Virus record (IMG/VR): IMGVR_UViG_3300015608_001493
DNA from: an uncultured virus (IMG/VR IMGVR_UViG_3300015608_001493)
Taxonomy: Duplodnaviria > Heunggongvirae > Uroviricota > Caudoviricetes
Length of the DNA stretch: 64,000 nt
Strand: one strand, 5' to 3'
Each line of letters opens with the position of its first letter. The stretch's first letter is position 1. Position numbers and translations under genes: made by a program. The notes beneath the pieces are model-generated. The model worked only from the letters and a program-made list of their open reading frames with translations, was not told the origin of the DNA and did not search any database. Below are positions 39,434 to 50,452 of the stretch, one piece after another.

Positions 39434-41119
39434 TTAAAATACAGGTTCAAACAGAGGTTTACCGGTGTAAGGATTGAGCGGCTTAATCAGCAAGGATTTA
39501 GTCGGATCAATTACGTGATAGCATTTGAGGCGTTTTTCAATATACACGTCAAAACCAGGACCAGTATGGGATGCTTGATAAGGGCCAGCCTTGCTTCCTT
39601 TTCCAGGAATGTCAAGGTAGTTCATACGACCGTTAATATAGAAGTGGTGGAAGTCACGATCTGGACCATATACAACTTCGTAAATATTGTCGTTGTTTGC
39701 AGTCAAGTCATCTATAATAAACAAGTATGAAGACAAGCGATGTCCATCAACCATTGGGTTTTCAATCTCGTTTGCCTGAATAGGATCAAGTTCGGGAACA
39801 TGTTCAAATCGAACTATACCAAAGGACATACGATATGAAATGAAGTTTGGACCGTCAAAATGCAACATCATGTTGTCATCACCCTTCACATATTTTGCGG
39901 AATCAAATACGATACCTGATGCGAGGGCAACATCTTTAATTTGATTACGAACCAGTTTAAGACCGCCTAAACCAGTACCTATGATGATTTCGTTAGTACC
40001 ATAAGGATCAATTTTGTCTTTCAATCGGCTTGTAATCCATGCGTCAAGTTTACGAATGTTAAACTTGGGAATATTGTAGTTGTAGGTTGGACCCATATTC
40101 AACTGGTGGAACAAACCTATCGGAAGGTGTACAGCAGTACCACCTTCTACCTCAAGAACACCACCAGCACCCCACATACCATAATGTTCTACATCACGTT
40201 CCACAGAAGCCATTGCAAGAGCCTCAACCTCTGGAATCCATGCTGTTTTTACAATCATACTTTTTACAGCATCTTTGGCCATAACCTCGGACATACCTTT
40301 TTTAGCCATGAGGTATTGCACAGGGTTTTGACCAGTAAGAGAAATGTCAGAAAGTTCGCTACCAGGACGGAGCATATACATTTCAATTACTTTACGATAC
40401 TGCTGAAGAGTGTAAAGGGATTTTTCAGATACTTTACCGTAGGCTGCTTCACGAGTACAAGAAAGGTGTTTGTTAGCAAAACCTTCACCTACATAGTTGT
40501 AATATTCCCGATACCCAGATTTAACACCTGTTACATCATCATAAGTTTGGCTATATTCACCCATGACAGAGCCAATCTGGAAGAATTTAGTACCTGCTCG
40601 CAGCAGGTCTTTGGGGAAGAACTTAAACTTTTTGTTCGTAGTGTTCAGTTTCACCCAGTGAACCCAACCATCACCTTGTTTAGTAATGTCTCGGGCTGTA
40701 ACATACAATTCAAGACCTGCGTATTTGTTGGAGGTAATGATTGCTGAGTTACCAAAACGACGGTTTAGTTTAATAGGAAATTCAGTATCACCCAAGCCAG
40801 GTTTATCGGTAGTAGTGATATCTTCAAGAATATAGAAGGGTTCTTCTGCAATTGGAGTTTTCCAAGTAAAGATGTGACCTTCGCTGTGAAGTAATCGGTT
40901 CTTACCTTGACCAATGAGGTTCCACAAAGAGGGACGCTGCATATAGCCGGTAGAAATCCAAGGAGTAATCAGACCAAGATCAGTGGCATCTTTTGGATGG
41001 GCTGCTTCTTGTTCCATAAGGTGTTTATTATCAAGGTGAGTTTTTACCTCAAACTCCCTTGTTTGTAAATAAACACCGTTACTAAGAGTTAATGGTACAG
41101 GTTGCGATGAATACGCCAT
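39434..41119 (-). CDS. Major capsid protein (crAss-like)
   Basis: 561 aa; THLDNKHL, GDGWVHWVKL, GTKFF, GTGLGG and DPTKS motifs; follows portal and scaffold genes. Confidence 0.85.
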   Translation of the reverse strand: MAYSSQPVPLTLSNGVYLQTREFEVKTHLDNKHLMEQEAAHPKDATDLGLITPWISTGYMQRPSLWNLIGQGKNRLLHSEGHIFTWKTPIAEEPFYILEDITTTDKPGLGDTEFPIKLNRRFGNSAIITSNKYAGLELYVTARDITKQGDGWVHWVKLNTTNKKFKFFPKDLLRAGTKFFQIGSVMGEYSQTYDDVTGVKSGYREYYNYVGEGFANKHLSCTREAAYGKVSEKSLYTLQQYRKVIEMYMLRPGSELSDISLTGQNPVQYLMAKKGMSEVMAKDAVKSMIVKTAWIPEVEALAMASVERDVEHYGMWGAGGVLEVEGGTAVHLPIGLFHQLNMGPTYNYNIPKFNIRKLDAWITSRLKDKIDPYGTNEIIIGTGLGGLKLVRNQIKDVALASGIVFDSAKYVKGDDNMMLHFDGPNFISYRMSFGIVRFEHVPELDPIQANEIENPMVDGHRLSSYLFIIDDLTANNDNIYEVVYGPDRDFHHFYINGRMNYLDIPGKGSKAGPYQASHTGPGFDVYIEKRLKCYHVIDPTKSLLIKPLNPYTGKPLFEPVF

Positions 41120-41122
41120 GTT

Positions 41123-42262
41123 TTAGAATTTTAATTTACCCCATCCTATTGAGTTATCAGTCTGGGTTGGTTTACTTAATTTTGAATTTTTATGTTGTGT
41201 TACAAACTTTTTAGTAACATCATTAGTTGCTCGTTTTTTAAACGCTTCTTCAAACTTGTCAGGGTTTGTTAAAAGAAGGGTTGCCAAAATAACATTATCT
41301 AATGAGCCTGCTTTATCGTAACGATGATGGTAAAGCATTGCTTCAAGGGCTGGCATTTTAACTTTGCGGTTTCCCGGAAGGGTTAACTCAACCTCATCGT
41401 TTGTCAAAACTTCATATACAGAGGTAGCATCTTCTTTGGTCAAAGAAACACCTTTTACAGAACCTTTACTTAAAAGGTCTACTACTCGGTTTTTGTAGTT
41501 TTCTTTAACTTTTTCTTCAAACTTGCGAATCTCTTCTTGCTCCTTCTCTTTCTGGGCCGCAATTTCTGCTGCAACAGAATCAAGTTTTGGTTTCAATCTT
41601 TTTGCTTCTTTTTCCAAAAGGTTACCTTCTTTTAAGTCAGTTATCCTTTCTTCAATTTCAGCAGCAGTGAATCCATCTTTTTGCATCCACTGTTTTACAA
41701 TTTTTTCTTGATCATATTCATTTGCTACATCCAGGTTTTTAATGTTTTGTTCTTCAAGTAATGTGCGAACAAAAGAATCTACGTCCTTCCCTTTTGCATC
41801 AAAGTCATATTTCATTACTCTTCGGGTTAAATCAGAAAACTGTCCAATAAACCCTGAGAGTGATTCATCTACTTTTTTTGACAAGTTATGCTCTAACAGT
41901 TTTGTTAGAACCTCATCTGTCATTTCCTCTTCATCATCAAAACCTTCATAGGCTTCGGTAATAATTCCTTTTTCGTGAAGAAAGTTGATTGTTTTTACAA
42001 CCGGAGGATCAGATTCATTATCATCTGAGGATTCCGAATCCTCATCTTTGGTTTCTTCCTCTTTCTCTTCCTCGGTTTCTTCAACTTCTTCATCTTCTGT
42101 TTTTTCAACAGGTTCCTCTTTGACAGGAGCCGTTTCCTTTTTCTCTTTAAGATTTGGTTTTACTGGCTCCTTGGTAGGCGTTTCTTCCAGATTGAATAAA
42201 TCAGATATATTTATTCCTTCTGTTTCTGTTACAACTGTTGGATTATTAAAGTTTAACGTCAT
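41123..42262 (-). CDS. Capsid scaffolding-like protein
   Basis: Very acidic, low-complexity N-terminus plus coiled coil; between portal and MCP. Confidence 0.7.
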   Translation of the reverse strand: MTLNFNNPTVVTETEGINISDLFNLEETPTKEPVKPNLKEKKETAPVKEEPVEKTEDEEVEETEEEKEEETKDEDSESSDDNESDPPVVKTINFLHEKGIITEAYEGFDDEEEMTDEVLTKLLEHNLSKKVDESLSGFIGQFSDLTRRVMKYDFDAKGKDVDSFVRTLLEEQNIKNLDVANEYDQEKIVKQWMQKDGFTAAEIEERITDLKEGNLLEKEAKRLKPKLDSVAAEIAAQKEKEQEEIRKFEEKVKENYKNRVVDLLSKGSVKGVSLTKEDATSVYEVLTNDEVELTLPGNRKVKMPALEAMLYHHRYDKAGSLDNVILATLLLTNPDKFEEAFKKRATNDVTKKFVTQHKNSKLSKPTQTDNSIGWGKLKF

Positions 42263-42381
42263 ATTCTGTGATTTAAGTTAATACGAAATTGTTTATTTGT
42301 GGTATAAATTTATCTAATAATTGTTTTTTGTTACAAGTTCATTTATACTCATAAAAATGATTAATAATTTTAGTGAGTATA

Positions 42382-45081
42382 TTATTTGTTGATTTTGGCA
42401 ATTTTTAAGTTGTTTTTGCTCTCTTGTAGTTTAGCCTGAATCTTCTCTCGCTCAATTTGCAACCTTTCTCTTTCAAGGGAATCTTTATTAGATAACTCTG
42501 TGGTTTTCTGAGAGTTATCGTTAATCATCTGTTGAGTTTGTAATGATCTTTCCGCAGCCTTGTTAATAAGGTCTGCGTAATAGTTTCTTTGTTTCAATTG
42601 TTGTTCTTCCAACTTTAAAATTTCATCTACACCATTACCCTCAGAGAATTGAGACTGTCCAATTACTCTGATCTTAGCAATATATTCTTGGGACAATCTA
42701 TCCTTTTCGTTTTCTTGTGCATCAAACGCTAACTTCTCTTTGAGTTGTCTTTCCTGAGATTCTAATGTTTCTTGCTGCATCTGCATTTCTTGTCTACGGA
42801 CTCCCTCATCCTGAATTTCTTTTTCTTTCTGAAGGTCTTTGATTGTAGAATAAATCTTTGATATCGACTTTGCGCTCATAATAGAGATTTTATCCAAGAG
42901 AGTTGCATCTACGGTGTTATCTCTAATGGCCCATTGACGAATCTGTTCCAAAACGATAGAATCATCTACATCACTTGTAATAAACACGCCAAACTTTGCA
43001 AGAGGGAGTTCCATTCCAGGCATTCTGAATATTTCTCTTTCTCCCTCGCTATTAATAAAGTTTTGTTCAATTGTATCTTGTGTTGAATTAAGATATTTGG
43101 CAAACTCGAGCATTGCAGTCTTTGCTTTCTCCCATGTTGCAAAATGCTCCTCGTAAAGATACTTCACGTTGCTTGTACTTCGGTTAATTCCTTGGGCTAC
43201 TCCTGTTGCTGTTTCTTCTGGGGACATATCACCTATAAACTGAGGTGAAATTCCCACTTGCATTAAACATTCGTTTTTAAATACTTCTGCAAGTTTAAGT
43301 TTTTCAAGAACATCCTGAGTTACACTAAGATCAATAACTTGTCCGTAGCCTCCTGTAAGACCCGTGGTGTTTGCACCTGTGTTTAATATCGAGTTGTCCG
43401 TTCCTACAATTTTTAAATCTCTTGCTACTTGTAAAAACTGGAGCAGGTTATTTGGACCCCAATCTTCACCCATTGACTCCTTAGGAATTACATTCTGGTT
43501 GATTGCTAAAAATTTACCGATCTCTGTTTTAAGGAGTTGGTCTGCTCGGTTCATTACATAGTTGTAAAGAACTTGCCAAGGTTTACATTTATTGACAATC
43601 GAGTTTACTGAGTTATATCGGTTAGTAAGTGGGCCACCAAACACTGGAATACTGGTACCAAACAGGTTGTCCGTGGTTGAAAACTCAACAGGGAATTTAT
43701 CTAAGGTAATAAAAATATCATCGCTATAATCAGGGTTAGGGTTTGAACTAAGGTTGATCTTTACTGATCTCCAAAGTTCGTTCTTATAAAACCATTCGAT
43801 ATGTTCTCCAAATACTAATGTATCTTCGTTTTTTTCATCTACTACCGTTGTATCATATATCGGCTCATAAGTTGGTTTATATGTCTCATCTACAATTGCC
43901 GAAAAAACATCATCGCCAGTTTTAATTGTAACTCGTCCAAACTTACGAGGTACTTGAAAATACATATTGGAGATAATTAAAAGTCTTTCTTTATACTCAT
44001 CACCCCTGTATTTTGAATCATTGTTTGGAGCGTTAAACATTTCTTTAAACGCCAAATGGTTTTGAGCAGATTCCATAAGACCCGGAGTATCAATTTGATA
44101 TTTACCTCCTGTTTCCATTGTCATCATGGAACGATAATGAAGGTGTAGTTTATTAAGTTTTTCTACATCCTCTTCTCTTAGTTTTTTACCAAATCGAGCA
44201 ATTATGTTTAAAGGGCTTTCATATTCAAACCAGTGAAACATCACTGAGTTTGATACGTCATCTAAATAAGGGCTTTTTAACCATGAAGCATACCTGGGAT
44301 CAATTACTTCAACGTTGTAATCATCATCTAACAGGTTAACATGTATTAAAGGTCTGTCAGTTGCCAGTTTATTATAGAAAGATTTCTTTTCTAAATCTTT
44401 CAGTCGAAACCTCTTACGATCAATTTCAATTTGATTATTAGCCCATTTTTCAATAGTGAGTCGAAACTCACTATTCATATATTTTTGAATTTTAGGAAGT
44501 GATTCAAAAATACGTTTTTGTTCTTCATATATGTCTGTACCTTCTTCAACTCCCTGATCAGACATAGATTGGTTAAACATCTGTTCAAGAGGTTTAATAA
44601 TCAACTGTCTTAATAGATTGTTTCGTTCTTCAAGTATTTCGTTTGTAGCCTCAGAGTTAATAGCACGAGCCTCCACGTTAACATGATGTTTTCCCAACTC
44701 GCTCACAAGAGAGTTGACAATTGTAGGAACAATTGGATAAAACTTGAGATCATGGTCTAACGAGACTTGATCGTCTAATACATTGAGTTCAGGTGTTTGC
44801 TCACTTGCACCCGGAATGTAATCTTCTGGGTCAATAACTCCTTCTGCTAAATTGAAGTTTTTTCGAATCCTGTCAACATTCAAGTTGATTTGCTGTCTTG
44901 AAATCCACTCGTAATAATAAACAAGACGCTTGATTTTATCGTAATCATTTTCCTCTTTCTCAATCTCACTGATAACAAAATTAAAATCTAATCCACCATT
45001 AGATTTTAAACCAGTGTGAGGAATTGTTTTCTTTGGAAGACGTGGGCGTAACCCTAAATCTCTACCTACTTTTTTTGCCAT
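42382..45081 (-). CDS. Portal protein
   Basis: 899 aa; NFNLAEG, YPIVP, KPWQVLYN, VGISPQ and ETATG motifs; follows the terminase gene. Confidence 0.85.
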   Translation of the reverse strand: MAKKVGRDLGLRPRLPKKTIPHTGLKSNGGLDFNFVISEIEKEENDYDKIKRLVYYYEWISRQQINLNVDRIRKNFNLAEGVIDPEDYIPGASEQTPELNVLDDQVSLDHDLKFYPIVPTIVNSLVSELGKHHVNVEARAINSEATNEILEERNNLLRQLIIKPLEQMFNQSMSDQGVEEGTDIYEEQKRIFESLPKIQKYMNSEFRLTIEKWANNQIEIDRKRFRLKDLEKKSFYNKLATDRPLIHVNLLDDDYNVEVIDPRYASWLKSPYLDDVSNSVMFHWFEYESPLNIIARFGKKLREEDVEKLNKLHLHYRSMMTMETGGKYQIDTPGLMESAQNHLAFKEMFNAPNNDSKYRGDEYKERLLIISNMYFQVPRKFGRVTIKTGDDVFSAIVDETYKPTYEPIYDTTVVDEKNEDTLVFGEHIEWFYKNELWRSVKINLSSNPNPDYSDDIFITLDKFPVEFSTTDNLFGTSIPVFGGPLTNRYNSVNSIVNKCKPWQVLYNYVMNRADQLLKTEIGKFLAINQNVIPKESMGEDWGPNNLLQFLQVARDLKIVGTDNSILNTGANTTGLTGGYGQVIDLSVTQDVLEKLKLAEVFKNECLMQVGISPQFIGDMSPEETATGVAQGINRSTSNVKYLYEEHFATWEKAKTAMLEFAKYLNSTQDTIEQNFINSEGEREIFRMPGMELPLAKFGVFITSDVDDSIVLEQIRQWAIRDNTVDATLLDKISIMSAKSISKIYSTIKDLQKEKEIQDEGVRRQEMQMQQETLESQERQLKEKLAFDAQENEKDRLSQEYIAKIRVIGQSQFSEGNGVDEILKLEEQQLKQRNYYADLINKAAERSLQTQQMINDNSQKTTELSNKDSLERERLQIEREKIQAKLQESKNNLKIAKINK

Positions 45082-45142
45082 ACTTTAATATAATAAAAAT
45101 TATGATTAACTCCAAACATTTTGCTATTAAATTAGCAAATAT

Positions 45143-47302
45143 TTAGCGTTTTCCAAAATGTCCTTTGACATTTTTAAAATGAGAACCTACCGGACTTACT
45201 GTTCTGGAATGAAAATGTGAAGGAAGTCTTGAAATAGTTTTCGGACTTTTTGTATTATTTGCGTCTTTTAAAGTATTGATAATGTGCCTGTTAGTATATG
45301 ATTGTGCAGCAATTAATGCCAGACAATTTGCCACTAAACGGTCAGTATTCAATTTGGTTGTATATTGAAGACACTCTTTAATAAACATTGTATCCCATAT
45401 TTTTTTCACATTGTATAGATCCTTAGACTCTCCTGTTTCCAAGTTGAACTCTGTGGAATATATGTTTTCCATCCAAGTAACCATTTTGTCTATACATCTC
45501 TTTTTAAACTCCCCTTCCATCCTTACACCTATCTCGTCTCGAATTGTTGAGTTTGGCATCATTTCTTGAATTACTATAAGTTCTCTTCTTCTCATTAAGA
45601 ATCGAGATTTTCCTTGTCGAATCACCCATTCGATAAAATCTTTTACGTTTGATTCAACAGCTACCCTTGCGTTATAAAACTCAATAAGGTCTAAGCATAT
45701 CTGATAGGTCTCAGAAGGTTTCTTATGCCTTCCAGTATATGTAGCAACAGGATAAGGTTCTACATATTTTCCGTCTCGCTCATGTGTTCCCATCCAAACT
45801 GTAATACTCATTAATGATTTGGATGTAGAAGTGTCTGTGTTCCAAATAGGGTCTATTCCAGCAAAATAAAGTCCTTCGGGAGGGTTTTCTACTGGCATAT
45901 GCCTAATAATAACCGCTCCTCGGTTGTCCTCGTGAGGGTTAGGTTTTAGTTTTGCTACGGGAACATCGTTTGCAAACTTGTGTTTTACTTTACCTTTTTC
46001 ATCTCGATAGAACGAAACGATAACAGGTTTTTCTTTAATAAGAGATAACTCCTGTTCTTTTAGCATTGTTGTTGGAAAAGGGTTATCCTCTCTTTGATCA
46101 AAAGCCTCTTGAAGAGTTCTTGGATGCTGAGACTTCCAGAGTTTATAAGAAGATTCATCTTTCTTTTTAGCATTCTGTTCTTCAATATCCAGATATTTAT
46201 AGGCTAACTCCAAGTTTGAGTTTCCATCTTGATCATAACATTTAACCACCTTACCTGTGATCTCATCCTTGTAGGCATAATTCCACTCATCTGGAAAAAA
46301 GAATGCGATTGGTTCCATTGAACCCGAAAACTTATCTTCAACAGGGCGAATGTTATATGCTTTTGGATTGAAAGACATTTCTTTCAAATCTTCTGCGTCT
46401 TTAAGTTCACCTACGGCACCTGCTGCTACAAACATTCCTGTTTTAACAGAACCAAACTTAATATTGGGATCAACATATTCTTTTACCTTTTTCAAGTTTT
46501 GATAAATACCTGCCTCCGTAGCATACACCTCTAATGCTGGACCACCTACTGCTTTTGAAAAGTTACGTTTGGTAATAGACGCTTTAATTTTAGATTTATT
46601 ACCTTTGGTTACCTTTTTCTTATTAATTGTCCCCTCAGTGATTTCTCGTTTAAACTGCCAGTTGAAAGTCTCATCTGGCTGAAAGTTTCTATACCAACCC
46701 GTGTGTTCATTGAGGTGATCCCGATAGTTTTGGAGAATTTCCCATTCACCTTGTAGATAAGCCTCTTCAAAACCTACTACTTTAAGGGTTGCCCTATCTC
46801 CAAACCATCCTCGTTTAGCAATTCGAGCCATATGATAAAGAGATATACCTTTTTGTCGGGCTTTTGTACAACCTCCGTCCTGGTCTTCAAGCCAGGCAAG
46901 TTGAAGATAAAGATCGTAGTGATAGTGACCGTCCCAAATATCAGGGTGGGTGGTAGTCATTTCAATCTTATTAAAGATTGGGCAAAAATTCCAAAAGAAA
47001 TATAAATCTGGTGAAATCCATACACCATCTACGATAATTCCTTGCTCACATTTTCTACGTTCTGTCAACCAGAACTGCCTGTATTCTTTGGAGTTTAGTG
47101 CGTAGTCCGTATATCGTTTATCCTTGGCAAACTTTCTTGCCATTGGGTTCCAGTATTCCGTGTTTTTAAAGTTATACTCTCCTGGAAACTTCAGCATTGA
47201 TTTTATAAAAGAATGATACTCCGTGAAAGTCTCAAACCTTCGCTTACCCCATTCTTTTGTTTCAGTGTTAAATTCTAATAAAGAAAGCGGTTTAAATACC
47301 AT
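45143..47302 (-). CDS. terL: Terminase large subunit
   Basis: KARQKGIS Walker A region, EAG, AGIDP nuclease motif, ESN and NTDRL; probable start MVFKP at 47302. Confidence 0.9.
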   Translation of the reverse strand: MVFKPLSLLEFNTETKEWGKRRFETFTEYHSFIKSMLKFPGEYNFKNTEYWNPMARKFAKDKRYTDYALNSKEYRQFWLTERRKCEQGIIVDGVWISPDLYFFWNFCPIFNKIEMTTTHPDIWDGHYHYDLYLQLAWLEDQDGGCTKARQKGISLYHMARIAKRGWFGDRATLKVVGFEEAYLQGEWEILQNYRDHLNEHTGWYRNFQPDETFNWQFKREITEGTINKKKVTKGNKSKIKASITKRNFSKAVGGPALEVYATEAGIYQNLKKVKEYVDPNIKFGSVKTGMFVAAGAVGELKDAEDLKEMSFNPKAYNIRPVEDKFSGSMEPIAFFFPDEWNYAYKDEITGKVVKCYDQDGNSNLELAYKYLDIEEQNAKKKDESSYKLWKSQHPRTLQEAFDQREDNPFPTTMLKEQELSLIKEKPVIVSFYRDEKGKVKHKFANDVPVAKLKPNPHEDNRGAVIIRHMPVENPPEGLYFAGIDPIWNTDTSTSKSLMSITVWMGTHERDGKYVEPYPVATYTGRHKKPSETYQICLDLIEFYNARVAVESNVKDFIEWVIRQGKSRFLMRRRELIVIQEMMPNSTIRDEIGVRMEGEFKKRCIDKMVTWMENIYSTEFNLETGESKDLYNVKKIWDTMFIKECLQYTTKLNTDRLVANCLALIAAQSYTNRHIINTLKDANNTKSPKTISRLPSHFHSRTVSPVGSHFKNVKGHFGKR

Positions 47303-47303
47303 C

Positions 47304-47456
47304 TTAAAAGTTATGTAATTTTTTGTAACGCTGCCACCATAGTTCTCTGGTGTAAGCATACCAGTCTTTAAATGAGTGTTTTGTTTGTCCCCCACAAACA
47401 GGACAATCATACATCTCTGGTGCGTCAGAGTTACATTGCGGACATAAAAAGAACAT
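47304..47456 (-). CDS. Small zinc-ribbon protein
   Basis: MFFLCPQC...CPVCGG; stops 1 nt before the terL start. Confidence 0.55.
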   Translation of the reverse strand: MFFLCPQCNSDAPEMYDCPVCGGQTKHSFKDWYAYTRELWWQRYKKLHNF

Positions 47457-47502
47457 AGTTCTGAAATTGCCTTTCAGAACTATGTTTAGTTTAATTATTT
47501 TT

Positions 47503-48045
47503 TTAATCATCCCAGTTAGGTGTTTCATCTTCATCTACTCCTGAACGAGTTTCACCTCTTGCTCTTGAAACTTCTTGTTTATAAGCGTTTTCTGCTTCAA
47601 GAAATGCCCTAATAATTTTAGGCATATCTACAATAGCAGATTTAACTTGGGAAAGGTTTCCGTCTCTACCAGAATCAATCTCCATTCTTTCAAAATAGTT
47701 TGAAAGTTTTTCTATTGCAATTTTAGTCCCTCTGAGTATCTTTCTTACAGGTGAGTTATAAAGTTCTTCACATCGTCTGATTGCTTTTGCCATTTCATAA
47801 TCATTAACCGTATAATCTCCGGCAAAATCTTCTTGAATACGTTCTTCACGTTCTAAGATTTCTTCATAGTTCATGTATGGACTCTCTGGGTCATACATTG
47901 CCCATAAATACTGAAACGGACGAATATCCTGGTTGTAGACTTTGTATAACTCTCTAAACTCAGGAATTGAGAGAATCACCTCGTTAATTACTACTCGATC
48001 ATTTTCTACGGTAAGTATTTTAGGTAGACTCATGGTATGCTCCAA
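47503..48045 (-). CDS. Putative terminase small subunit
   Basis: Helical 180-aa protein just upstream of terL; ILSIPEFRELY and YDPESPY motifs. Function inferred from synteny. Confidence 0.5.
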   Translation of the reverse strand: MEHTMSLPKILTVENDRVVINEVILSIPEFRELYKVYNQDIRPFQYLWAMYDPESPYMNYEEILEREERIQEDFAGDYTVNDYEMAKAIRRCEELYNSPVRKILRGTKIAIEKLSNYFERMEIDSGRDGNLSQVKSAIVDMPKIIRAFLEAENAYKQEVSRARGETRSGVDEDETPNWDD

Positions 48046-48445
48046 AGTTGGTTAACAGTTTCATCCAACGTTCCTTACTCATTCTGAGAGACATATTCGA
48101 TGTAATACCTGTTGTTTTCTCTGTGTAGAAAATTAAAATAACTTCCTCGTTGATTGTATCATCAAAGAAAGTTTGCCAAAGTTTAATAACAAACTCCCCA
48201 AAATTACACCAAATTTTTACATATTTTTGTTCAGAGTTCAATACTGGGCGTTTGGGTTTTTCGGCACCACTTAATCTGAATATTTCTTCTCTGTTTCCCC
48301 AGTCTTCCAATTCTTGTTCGTATTCTTCTAATTGACGGTTATAGTCTTCTATTTCTTGCTTCGAAGTCATTGCCATTTTACAATCGACTTCAATAAAATA
48401 GTTATTATGAAAAGGTAAGTTACTCATTGTTTGTTTTTGTACCAA
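48020..48445 (-). CDS. Hypothetical protein
   Basis: ORF in operon; start may be MSNLPF. Confidence 0.6.
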   Translation of the reverse strand: MVQKQTMSNLPFHNNYFIEVDCKMAMTSKQEIEDYNRQLEEYEQELEDWGNREEIFRLSGAEKPKRPVLNSEQKYVKIWCNFGEFVIKLWQTFFDDTINEEVILIFYTEKTTGITSNMSLRMSKERWMKLLTNFGAYHEST

Positions 48446-50223
48446 TTTAAAAGTGATCTGACTTCTGATTTTAAATATTCAATTGGATATTCAACAATTC
48501 CAACTGGTTCATCGTTTTCATCAAACTGAACATGATCAATGTATCCTTCTCTAAACTTGAAACCGTAGGACTCCAAGAAATAAATATACAAAGATTCTTT
48601 GACATTATAGTGGATTCCATTGACATTATCTAAGTGAGAAAGAGGCGGAAGTAGTTTTTCTACCTTTTTTCTTTTGGTTTTTGGGTCAAACCATTCTACT
48701 CCTTTATAAAGGAGTTCACGGTCACTGTTATGAGTTTTTAAATAATTTCTTGTTACCAAATAAGTATGATAAGGACTTTCTACCTCAATACACTTTGTAG
48801 GAACAGAATCAACCTTTTCAATATTTTTAATGTATCTATATTCGGAGTTAAAGAATCTAACGTTTTTAACTAACTCTAAATAGTTTTCATTTTTGTGAAG
48901 AAAAGGGTTATCTTTTGGTGAAAAACAAATATGGTAGCAGTCTACTATTTTACCAAAACCTTTTTTCTTTACCTTCATTACCGTGACTTTATAACCTAAA
49001 CTAAAGATTAAGGATGTTAACGATTTCATTTGCCACTCTTGGGTAGTTTCCATAACACATCGTTTTCTTCGAGTATTGTAGTAACCGTCTGTATCCATAA
49101 AACCTCTTAATAAATCTAATCGTTGCCTTTTTGAAGATTGAAAATATATATCTGGAATATGTTTGTTTTTTATCAAATTGAGTTCTTTTAAAATTGAACC
49201 TAATCCAAAAATTGTTTTATCTTCTGATTTATTGCTTTTGTTTGAAACATCCTCACCTATATGATAACCTCGGGATTGAACTTCTTTCCATATTTTTGGA
49301 TTCATGTTTGTAATTCTTCCAAAATAAGAATTTCCGTCACCTAACCAGCAACCTAACACATAAGGATCGATTGGAAGTTCTATGTCGTTTTCAATTTGAA
49401 TTGATGTGTTTTTAATTCTTAGTTTGGTTTTATTATGTGCGTAATAATTATTTATCTCTTCTGTGGTAAGTAAACATTTTTGATTTTGTTTCTTTCCAAC
49501 ACCTTTATGAATCTCCCATCTATGTTCAAAATCACAAATAATTGACTCATTTGTATCAAATGTTATTTTATAACAAGGATTATAATGAATACTTGACACG
49601 TTCTTAACCTTGGTTATATTACCTTCTCCATCAAATATACTATCCCCAGGCTGAATATCTTTCATTTGTTTAAACCCTGTTAAAGTAGGAATTTCAGTGT
49701 CTAATGGAAAACCTTTCCAATCTCGTATTGTAAAGGTTTTATCTGAATGAATCTCAACCCTATCTGCTGTACCTATAAGCCAGAGGGGAATATAAGGTAT
49801 CATCAATTCAATATAGTGTCCTGGACCTAATGATTTGATATCAATAGGAACGGTGTATTCTCCATCAATAGACGTTCCTCTTTTTCCTCCTCGGTTTAAA
49901 AGTTTTTGTTCAATGTCTTTGTGCCATTTTGTTCCTCGGGCCAATCCAATGTTCTTTTTCTCTTCCCAAATTTCTCGAATGACTTCTGGGGTAAACTCTA
50001 CTCCTTTCCATTTTTCCTCTGCCTGATTAACGGTAAGGTTCCATTTTTTTGCAAGGTCTTCTATAATTTTTTTTCTGGGTTTACTCGCATACCTTTCTGA
50101 TATACCTATTGAATCAAACTTAGGTTTAATCATATCAAAAAGACCTGATACACTTACAAACGGTTTATCTGGTTCTTCTAGGGTAAAATACTTATGATCA
50201 CTTTCCCGAAATCGAATGTTCAT
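48424..50223 (-). CDS. PD-(D/E)XK exonuclease interrupted by an intein
   Basis: HKY, SVSG, GTKWH, GTADRV and IRDWK|S motifs; spliced product about 270 aa. Confidence 0.85.
   Translation of the reverse strand: MNIRFRESDHKYFTLEEPDKPFVSVSGLFDMIKPKFDSIGISERYASKPRKKIIEDLAKKWNLTVNQAEEKWKGVEFTPEVIREIWEEKKNIGLARGTKWHKDIEQKLLNRGGKRGTSIDGEYTVPIDIKSLGPGHYIELMIPYIPLWLIGTADRVEIHSDKTFTIRDWKGFPLDTEIPTLTGFKQMKDIQPGDSIFDGEGNITKVKNVSSIHYNPCYKITFDTNESIICDFEHRWEIHKGVGKKQNQKCLLTTEEINNYYAHNKTKLRIKNTSIQIENDIELPIDPYVLGCWLGDGNSYFGRITNMNPKIWKEVQSRGYHIGEDVSNKSNKSEDKTIFGLGSILKELNLIKNKHIPDIYFQSSKRQRLDLLRGFMDTDGYYNTRRKRCVMETTQEWQMKSLTSLIFSLGYKVTVMKVKKKGFGKIVDCYHICFSPKDNPFLHKNENYLELVKNVRFFNSEYRYIKNIEKVDSVPTKCIEVESPYHTYLVTRNYLKTHNSDRELLYKGVEWFDPKTKRKKVEKLLPPLSHLDNVNGIHYNVKESLYIYFLESYGFKFREGYIDHVQFDENDEPVGIVEYPIEYLKSEVRSLLNWYKNKQ
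48727..49713 (-). mobile_element. Intein (329 aa) with LAGLIDADG homing endonuclease; Gly1, class 3 signature
   Basis: GFPLDTEIPT block A; CDFEHRW block B; LGCWLGDG and LRGFMDTDG LAGLIDADG motifs; PTKCIEV block F; KTHN|S end. Confidence 0.92.
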
Positions 50224-50452
50224 TTGTTGAATCTATATTTAAATATTCTATGTTTGCTTTAAAGTTTGCTTGAAACCAGGTAAACGCTTCTTCTCTACCT
50301 TTGGTTTCTCCAAAAGAAAAACCTTCTTCATATCCTTCATCATATGCTTGGGATTTACAGTTCTTTTTTTCAAACTCTCTAAATGGAAACGATAGGATTC
50401 CTCCAAAAAGCACTCCTATTATCCACCATTTTAAACGCTCGTTTTGTTTCAT
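50198..50452 (-). CDS. Small membrane protein
   Basis: N-terminal TM segment; YDEGYEEG motif. Confidence 0.6.
   Translation of the reverse strand: MKQNERLKWWIIGVLFGGILSFPFREFEKKNCKSQAYDEGYEEGFSFGETKGREEAFTWFQANFKANIEYLNIDSTNEHSISGK

Noticed and set aside
47303..47410. Longer terL N-terminus
   Set aside because: Overlaps the zinc-ribbon ORF; MVFKP at 47302 directly follows that ORF's stop.
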